Source of the DNA: a virus
Taxonomy: Duplodnaviria; Caudoviricetes
IMG/VR virus record: IMGVR_UViG_3300030118_000298
Span: 1 to 52,968 of that record
Reading direction: 5' to 3' (one strand)
Length of the DNA: 52,968 bases
Shown here: piece after piece, positions 48,101 to 52,968 of the stretch
Numbering within the stretch: the stretch's first letter is position 1
Layout: every line of letters starts with the position of its first letter
The notes under the pieces: generated by a model
Database searches by the model: none
Seen by the model: the letters and a program-made list of their open reading frames with translations, nothing else
What the model was told of the DNA's origin: nothing
Program-made: the position numbers and the translations under genes

Positions 48101-50750
48101 TGTTGGTAAAGATCGTTCGTTTCAAATAACCAATGCTATCTCAAACATGTTTACATTAGACTCACAAGTACAACGAGAGTTGTTCAGAGCTAAGCAAACT
48201 CTTATTACAGGGTATGTACCATTTGCTAGACGAGGTAAATGGCAAGTTCGTATGCAAGCCTACGATGAAAAAGGTAATGCAGTAAAACTACAAGAAGATT
48301 TCGCTGGATCACTACCATACTTCCAAACTGATGTAGAAGCTACAGCACAAGAGATAGCTGACGACATTAACACAAGACTATTTAGTATGGAGGGTGATCC
48401 TGAAACACAAAGAGCTGGCGACCCAATCAAATTTGATATGGTTAACGAAGATGGTAATCCAGTAAAAGTAACTCTTAGACCACAGATATCAAAAGCTAGG
48501 CAGTCACAACCACTTGCTAATAGCTTGAATCTTATGGAGTTTATGAACATTGTTAATCGTTTGAACATTGGTCTTACCATACAAGAACGAGCAAGAATTA
48601 TTACTGGTCTATCACCTGTTAGTAGTAGAGCAAGATCAAGTTTGCAAAGAGCAGGTAACCCCGGCTGGGATACAGATGTTGTCAGGAGTGTTGCAGAGCA
48701 TTTAGAAACACAAGCACACACAGCTGGTAAGACAGCATTCGCATGGCAACTTACTGATATTATGGCAAACGATGGTTTGTTCAGAGGTGATCCATCTAGG
48801 TTGGCAGAATTAGAAAGAGAAACTAGAAAAGGTACAGAAGCACAGCGTGAAGAGGCTATGAAAAAATATGAAGAGTATGCTTACTCATATAGTCATTCCG
48901 CTGACCAAGGAGCAGACAGAGCAAAGACTAGACTTGGTTTACTCAAAGCAGCAAGAAATGAACAGTTAACTGAAAGTGATTTCATACCCAACGAAGGTAG
49001 AGGTGAAGACTACAGACTAGAAGCAAACAAACTTATAAAGTTTTATTCTGAATCAGCTAATATTATGGATTCAACGGAAGACCTTTTATCTAGCGATGTT
49101 GGCTCAAGACTCAAACTAGCAGCTGTACTACTACAACTTGGTGGTTCTGTTGCTACTGCTATGATTAACTTAATATCTTTACCAACTCACACAATCCCAT
49201 ACCTAGGTACTTACAATGAAGCTAGAGGTTACGGAGGTGGCTTTGGTCTTGTTAATTCTGCAGGTGCAGTAATGCGAGCTGTATCTAGTATATGGCGAGG
49301 AGGTCTAGCTAATTACGATAATATCTATGAGGTTGCTAAAGGTAATAATAAAGATGCACGACAGGAAGAGCTTGGTATAAGCCAAGACGAGGCTGACGCA
49401 TTGTTAGATGCCACAGCTTCCGGTGTGTTACAAGCTGCACAGTTCAACGCATTGGTTGGAACATCCAGAGGTGGTAGATCGAGTAACAGGTTGAATGGTT
49501 CAATCAAAGCATGGATGTCTATGTTCTCATACACAGAACAGTTAAACAGACGAGCTACGTTTCTTGCAGCATACAGACTAGAACGTGAAAGAATCCTTGC
49601 TACTAACAACCTTGGTGGTCTAGCAAATCTAAGGCAGAACCTTCCGGAAGAGGCGGCGTTCGTAGAGCAACAAGCAATGACGTTTGCTACAAAGGCAGTA
49701 AATACATCACAGGGTGAATATGCTATGTATAACAGACCCGAGATGGCTAGAGGAAACTTAGCACAATATATTTTCATGTATAAGCAGTTCCCTATTATTA
49801 CTGTGCAGTTGATGAAAGGATTGCCACGAAGTGGTAGGGTATATATGTTGACGTTATTGTTCCTTATGGCAGGTCTAAAAGGACTACCATTTGCTGACGA
49901 TTTGTTTGATATAATAGAAACATTGGCTCAGAAGTTTGGTATCAAGATGTCTACTGTAGAAGTAGAAGCATCTAAACTTGTTGACGCTTTCATCCCCGGC
50001 TACTCAGTGTATGCCATGAGAGGATTTCTTGATCCATTCTTTGGAGCAACATTCTCTACAAGATTAGGCTTTGGTGATTTGATCCCACTAACTGGTATGT
50101 TCAAAGCAAAGAACAATGCAGGTGAGATGTGGCAAGAAGCAAAGAACTTTGCAGGCCCAGTGTATAGTGGTATCGAAGGATTGTTTGGTACAGGCTCACA
50201 GTTCGTACGTTACGGAGCTGAGGCTGTAGGACTCAAAGACGACACAACACGTTTCACTGACATACTAAGAGACTCACCATCTGCCGCAGTACGAGGTGTA
50301 TTTGATGGGTTGTCTTATATGCAGGATGGAAGAATCACACGAACAGATGGTACTGTGATAAGTAAAGATGTTGGTGGTATGACAACGTTTTGGAGAATGT
50401 TAGGTTTCTATCCATACTCAGCATCACTACAGAACGATGCTATTAGAATGGGTAGACAGCAACAAGCATATGTAAAATCTATAAAGGCACATTATGTACA
50501 AGCATATGTAAAAGCTAGACTCGACAATGACAGGGCAGAAATGCGTAGGATTCTAAACTTTGTTAAAGAACATAACAAAGATGTAGGGCCAAAGTCAGAG
50601 TTCTTCTTTAGAAACTTTGTTCAATCTGCAAACAAGTCTTTCAAGTCTGCAAACTTAAATGCAATAGAAAGATTTAGAAAATTTGCACCAAAACAATCTC
50701 GTAGTTCTATCGACCAACTCTCTGAATTGTGGGGAATCGACCTAAATTAG
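42186..50750 (+). CDS. Giant (2854 aa) internal virion/polyvalent protein with zincin-like motif
   Basis: VVAHEALGHFG near 46650, VEEVLA; YVPFARRG (PLxRFG-like); TEQLNRRATFLAAY in the C-terminal region; last gene of the late arm. Confidence 0.75.
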   Translation: MAPKKAGLKAFESSYYDATTAPGAGNPFVAQTGSSGLGQLNAQLTDQLVQEQAEFENLETVLGGGFNKPPETGPRVLFSPSTNQMFVNGALYDADDKQSALDAESRGFLDRPRAAQPEGADWQTVSPESYKTFMNNIEDPGLGTLMARNFEIGGSNLKLLAGRGMQFLGAEETGQSIVDNAVRELYYNQPFQREFTEIEVGSSSNGAIDWFVANLAQQGPNLIESIAVALLGAGAGAVAGGGANPFTAAGGAIYALLGKEAVKKSVLKAATKYTKGQALTKGEKKLLREFSGLTAAAKLKNPNAFFVTSSGTTMTGSQLLKKEAKKGLFQPDDTYLAGALKANRLGRNQAIAGGAAGASVIGSYGMGVADIYGEVRDTGVGDRGTAALGAIPYAALETLPEFFLAGRIFGLGPDIIKSGGVAKRAGKGLFVGGTLEGLTELGQEAIILTGTDQLGDAETTKRLINSFAAGFAIGGPLGGGANLLKRGEPTDLINEENPQADQKLLPAPPEGTPPPQGQGQLPPPAGPAALLTGPPSQDPAFPGPQFVAGEQGVQQVTQQGELFPQQDLGQQSVQAQDTVPQEVPDVTTERTPQVIAAEAAAQPQPTQAELEAAGQLPLASTDPTGFGVQAAVTPETEQTAIGQQLLQAANNRIREQQNQIAEEQRIRQEAEERAQRQREFDLAEQQRLNQQVAQLENARVEQILKENERLTQEVEERKAREQAQIAIPQRQPRQLSLPGMAVPYSARRQALRRGAAAAPVVAEPTAAELEQAGQMTLPFPEPPASEIAPLVERMLADGIPIQNIQEYIDDFQAAIDNNDLVEQDNIIAEMEGVVESFNRPRRRATALSAPAQNLVNELTRGPGEVISQVQDTVTTEDGRVLPITRTSFQQPAIPTQRRTDAVQEQSTDEVDVRQQTEPSSEVRRGDAARRQTARENKLQEQLRKATARQTENFTKEEQRAIREANQEARRQQVQKSTSLEAILEKPMIPVQGRTPQEMWDELSSGIAVAYTRLPKEFRDTWNQYVAGDTVNGDLAALISQNAYLELDSRNEREGGLTDLDRVDEYIAAFDATTDFSRHGTAWSYSNQLVSLAFFDPAGGVNKEARAKAIRYLKDTTFSPQQQNALDTAFINTINTGDPQTGIVQGKNQPWLEYATRRSLEGEITVALNNMPAWFTSPQAAVIRQTVADTQQQGEVLGQETADTMIKLLRRRQALGETIDFSTLSEAYDEALGKSGRKKAREVQKEFNRENAQQLEIILDSHLEKVETRDLRMVYNPVVEIRSDLPGKPDPATNKMNVLFANSNKDYIMANGYRLRDFFDSAGVLKTKRLYNGRMVPDPTPQNQQETRRLITDAQKLLQRGRRTQAENTRLDRLEPFAEQARQADSKTDESGNFLRFTDEKPVKPMGRGEIDLVVKQVLKKLKVKPTVTIVENVRDLAQKNPALYKRAADGRPLGDFDSVQAVGYSVGDQVIIFSDYAKTKEQIRLVVAHEALGHFGFRAFMPRDRMNAIFREIYRTDGHVKAAADIKMRSNPRMDMMEAVEEVLADKAAAFDSHLIYRVRNLVQAVLDAIGLGDLINFGDTDITRYFLRQSRRNLMTGGRGVVGVQQLAQNMKDLEAESVNGRFSIENITSTHATNFMNLYSSNKKAGSFGSFDKIQELLKKIPKQKGKAASRVFASAAETVQTLDNKAQRSSGLQEIFRIFQKSGGKTRRAMSEYERLTSFTHTPNWFGFGKGPTDQELKLGGEMLAYGAVFKARQVTPADIKQAGMEQGDLLSGKGSGTERVNNDVRKQLEEQGIVSKEEFRNGIPYVLADNTQGTKVFRNDDGSALDEQTFENAYRVYIENRRAVNQAAIDNLNANIEAVAGQRDQTLKRFAKFKTDEGFIGDDATNITALERIIEEYSNLITENADAEGNINPASVEKAQRFIRAINRAFWEDKKVDDWQNSREDTAEFQGGAYSDIIAKIPDLRALGVGKDRSFQITNAISNMFTLDSQVQRELFRAKQTLITGYVPFARRGKWQVRMQAYDEKGNAVKLQEDFAGSLPYFQTDVEATAQEIADDINTRLFSMEGDPETQRAGDPIKFDMVNEDGNPVKVTLRPQISKARQSQPLANSLNLMEFMNIVNRLNIGLTIQERARIITGLSPVSSRARSSLQRAGNPGWDTDVVRSVAEHLETQAHTAGKTAFAWQLTDIMANDGLFRGDPSRLAELERETRKGTEAQREEAMKKYEEYAYSYSHSADQGADRAKTRLGLLKAARNEQLTESDFIPNEGRGEDYRLEANKLIKFYSESANIMDSTEDLLSSDVGSRLKLAAVLLQLGGSVATAMINLISLPTHTIPYLGTYNEARGYGGGFGLVNSAGAVMRAVSSIWRGGLANYDNIYEVAKGNNKDARQEELGISQDEADALLDATASGVLQAAQFNALVGTSRGGRSSNRLNGSIKAWMSMFSYTEQLNRRATFLAAYRLERERILATNNLGGLANLRQNLPEEAAFVEQQAMTFATKAVNTSQGEYAMYNRPEMARGNLAQYIFMYKQFPIITVQLMKGLPRSGRVYMLTLLFLMAGLKGLPFADDLFDIIETLAQKFGIKMSTVEVEASKLVDAFIPGYSVYAMRGFLDPFFGATFSTRLGFGDLIPLTGMFKAKNNAGEMWQEAKNFAGPVYSGIEGLFGTGSQFVRYGAEAVGLKDDTTRFTDILRDSPSAAVRGVFDGLSYMQDGRITRTDGTVISKDVGGMTTFWRMLGFYPYSASLQNDAIRMGRQQQAYVKSIKAHYVQAYVKARLDNDRAEMRRILNFVKEHNKDVGPKSEFFFRNFVQSANKSFKSANLNAIERFRKFAPKQSRSSIDQLSELWGIDLN
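44884..45123 (+). CDS. Overprinted 79-aa basic protein (MPFRSKAQMKWMYANKP...) in the +1 frame of the giant gene
   Basis: AAAGGAGG at 44872-44879, ATG at 44884; N-terminus resembles the MPFKS..Q..WM.AN.P small phage proteins as I recall them. Confidence 0.6.
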   Translation: MPFRSKAQMKWMYANKPNLAAKFAEETPQDAKLPERISSKSNSEKRQLARQRTLRKKNNERFGKLTKKLAVNKFRNQPL

Positions 50751-50782
50751 GGGGGTAGTAAACTACCTAGAAGGGTCGTTTC

Positions 50783-50816
50783 GCCTCTGTACGGGCTTCT
50801 CAGAGGCTTGTTTTTT
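50783..50816 (+). terminator. Terminator ending the late arm
   Basis: GCCTCTG/CAGAGGC stem plus TTGTTTTTT. Confidence 0.65.
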
Positions 50817-50961
50817 CAGATACTCCTGTCTTTTCTGCCAAATTCGCTCTGCGCTAAACAATTTCTTGTTTATACGCTCTATGGTTTTAGGGTGTGCAAA
50901 CTTATACCTTGGGGTGTCTAACCTAAGATATAGGTATCTACCATTGGGTAGTGGTATCTTC

Positions 50962-52968
50962 TCAAACTTCTTTATCTTTCACTACCTGTAGCTGTCCATA
51001 TGCCATATCATCAGCCACCACATCTGCATTTTCAAGTAGGCTTTGGAATCTTGGATGGGTTAGATTGAAACCTATCACATATGTTTGTGCTAGTTTGATT
51101 GGTGTATCTTTACCAAGTGATGCTTTCTCTGATCGAGGTGTAGCCAACGCATTCTCTACAACAAGTTCCTGTTTGAATGATTTATAATCCGCGCCGCGTA
51201 CGGACAACCATTTTCTGAAATGAGTCCTATCAATCATCATAGTACCCTTATCAAATATGTCTGATGCAGATTTTCTAAACACATCCAATCGGATTCGTAT
51301 ATCTCCTCTTGGTATCCTAGAGAAATCGGGTTGTGCTTTTTGTCCTACAGTGTGCATGATGGTTACAGATGTATCAGCACAATCAGCCATATACTCAGCA
51401 ACAAGGTCAAAGCAATCAACTTGGTTCTCTTGTACTGTTCTACGGATAGCACCTATCTGTGCTAATACCCACTCAGTAGCTTGTGTATAATCAAACTTAA
51501 TCAATCCCCACTCATTAGCTAGTTTCATACCTAGGTCTGCCAGTATGATTGATTGTTCCCAGTATCTTTCTTCACCACTAAACTTAGCTTTGTATTTCTT
51601 ATGAAAGTTATCTGATGCTTCAGCTATTGCAGACTGAATACCTTCTTCACCCATCGACAACAAGTTTATAATATACTGTCTACCTACTGACCCATAATGA
51701 GCATGGATAGCTTCGTATATTTTACGACCTGCTTCAGAGCCTCGTGTAAACAAAGGCACAGATGGTACAGTAAGTTCTAGTAGACGAGCCATTTGTGCAT
51801 CTGTATCCAGACCAGATGCTATCAGCTTACTTTGTAGAGACTTGTTGGTGGATACTATGACAGGTGTTGACCATGTTTTTGCATCTCTTTCTTCGGCATT
51901 GCGATTGAGTCTAGCTTTATCTCTACCCTGTGATACCCAATAACAGAAGTCACCGACCTCTTTATCGTTCATCATGGTTACTTCATCTATTGTCAGCGGT
52001 AGGTTAGCATATGTACCAAGTCGTGAGAACAAGCTGTTCTGTGTATACTTAGCCGCAAAGTGTAGCTTGTCGGGATTGCCATAGATAGACTGCGCCCAGT
52101 ATTGTGCTAGTGTTTTACCACCACCAGTTGGGCCATAGAGAGATACAGTTAATCCCTTGAGTCCTGTGAAGTTGTACAGTGGTGCTGAAAATCCAACACC
52201 TAAAGTAAACATATGTGATTTCAAACCTGCTTTTTCTAACACTGACGTTAGGTTTATCCACTGTTCTTTATCACCTTTACAATTATATAAGTCTGCACCT
52301 TGCTTCTGTATGCCCGATGCAAGACTTATTGATTCTTCTGTCACTCCTTCTGCTGTACGCTTTAGAAGTGTATCGCCTAAGACAAATGCCGTGTTCTTCT
52401 CTTTCCAACCCATAGTAGAATATAAGTTAGTCATAGTACGGATTTGCCTCAACTCATCCATATATGTTCTTAACATAAGCTGAAAATACTCCGTTTGTCT
52501 TTTGTTATATAACACAATCCCTTGATCTGCTATAGCTGTAGCAAACTCACGATTGCCTTCTGTTAGATATGCCTGTCTTAGTATGAGGTCTTGCCACCCC
52601 ATATGAGGTCTATTCCAGTGGTATCTAACTGTTTCATACCCTAATGATTCATCGAGTCCATAGCTGACAGGGTATATATCGAACTTACAGACATCTATAT
52701 CTGTATCATCTATGGTAACTTTTATACCATCTTGTGTTCTTTTAAATGGTTTTGGTATTGGTATCTGATTAGCTTGAGCATCGGGTGCTTCTGCTGATAG
52801 TGGTGCTTCTTGGTATTGTACACCTAGTCTTGCAGGTGAACCTATCTTACCTTTATATACACATCCCCTACATCCGTTTGGTCTATCTATCTCAAACTTA
52901 CCACAAGTTGTTGGGCCACTAGCTGAATCTTTCCAGTGGTTAAGTTTACTTATGGTAGCTTGGTAATC
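50962..52968 (-). CDS. Primase/helicase, C-terminal part (DUF927-like plus P-loop)
   Basis: YSTMGW, Walker A GPTGGGKT, LPLTIDE, GRDKAR, VSTN; frame open up to the window end. Confidence 0.85.
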   Translation of the reverse strand, partial: DYQATISKLNHWKDSASGPTTCGKFEIDRPNGCRGCVYKGKIGSPARLGVQYQEAPLSAEAPDAQANQIPIPKPFKRTQDGIKVTIDDTDIDVCKFDIYPVSYGLDESLGYETVRYHWNRPHMGWQDLILRQAYLTEGNREFATAIADQGIVLYNKRQTEYFQLMLRTYMDELRQIRTMTNLYSTMGWKEKNTAFVLGDTLLKRTAEGVTEESISLASGIQKQGADLYNCKGDKEQWINLTSVLEKAGLKSHMFTLGVGFSAPLYNFTGLKGLTVSLYGPTGGGKTLAQYWAQSIYGNPDKLHFAAKYTQNSLFSRLGTYANLPLTIDEVTMMNDKEVGDFCYWVSQGRDKARLNRNAEERDAKTWSTPVIVSTNKSLQSKLIASGLDTDAQMARLLELTVPSVPLFTRGSEAGRKIYEAIHAHYGSVGRQYIINLLSMGEEGIQSAIAEASDNFHKKYKAKFSGEERYWEQSIILADLGMKLANEWGLIKFDYTQATEWVLAQIGAIRRTVQENQVDCFDLVAEYMADCADTSVTIMHTVGQKAQPDFSRIPRGDIRIRLDVFRKSASDIFDKGTMMIDRTHFRKWLSVRGADYKSFKQELVVENALATPRSEKASLGKDTPIKLAQTYVIGFNLTHPRFQSLLENADVVADDMAYGQLQVVKDKEV
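52833..52968. repeat. Terminal direct repeat, right copy
   Basis: Matches 1-136 with two substitutions (52858, 52891). Confidence 0.95.

Larger units (their letters stand above)
1..52968. mobile_element. Complete circularly permuted tailed phage genome, podovirus-like (about 52,832 bp unique)
   Basis: Terminase, portal, capsid, nozzle and ejection genes on +; replication genes on -; terminal overlap; no host genes, tape measure or sheath seen. Confidence 0.95.

Noticed and set aside
50962-52602. 546-aa ORF as a stand-alone gene
   Set aside because: It is the C-terminal part of the primase-helicase that starts at 985 across the junction
1-52968. tRNA genes, integrase/attP, RNA polymerase, auxiliary metabolic genes, stop-codon recoding
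   Set aside because: None recognised by eye; genes are intact in the standard code and use all three stop codons; tRNAscan and HMM searches would be needed to exclude them fully

Overview
The window is an essentially complete, circularly permuted tailed dsDNA phage genome of about 52.8 kb. A 136-bp terminal overlap (1-136 = 52833-52968) cuts through the primase-helicase gene. The genome has two arms that diverge at about 16.3-16.5 kb. The minus-strand early/replication arm carries small early genes, a MoxR-like AAA ATPase, a metallopeptidase-vWA protein, an HslV/Ntn-like peptidase, family A DNA polymerase (Leu762 type), PD-(D/E)XK and VRR-NUC nucleases, an SNF2 helicase, two SSB-like genes, an HTH protein and an AEP primase-DUF927 helicase. 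The plus-strand morphogenesis arm is podovirus-like: TerS/TerL, portal, scaffold, capsid, adaptors, two fibre modules, a holin/GH108 lysis cassette, nozzle and ejection proteins, including an SLT-containing protein and a 2854-aa polyvalent protein. I saw no integrase, RNA polymerase, tRNA, RT or CRISPR. Sigma70-type promoters and GGAG(G) SD sites suggest a proteobacterial-type host (inference). The most interesting observations are: (1) an SD-led 79-aa gene overprinted in the +1 frame inside the giant protein; (2) a terL 3'-UTR/terminator RNA carrying several seeds complementary to the shared RBS of early genes, a candidate late translational shut-off RNA; (3) an AAA/vWA/metallopeptidase/HslV-like cluster; (4) two paralogous first-early genes behind matched promoters and structured leaders; (5) a recurring [MY]xxGGx[VI] motif in small and internal virion-arm proteins. 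All family calls come from motif recognition by eye; no database search was run.
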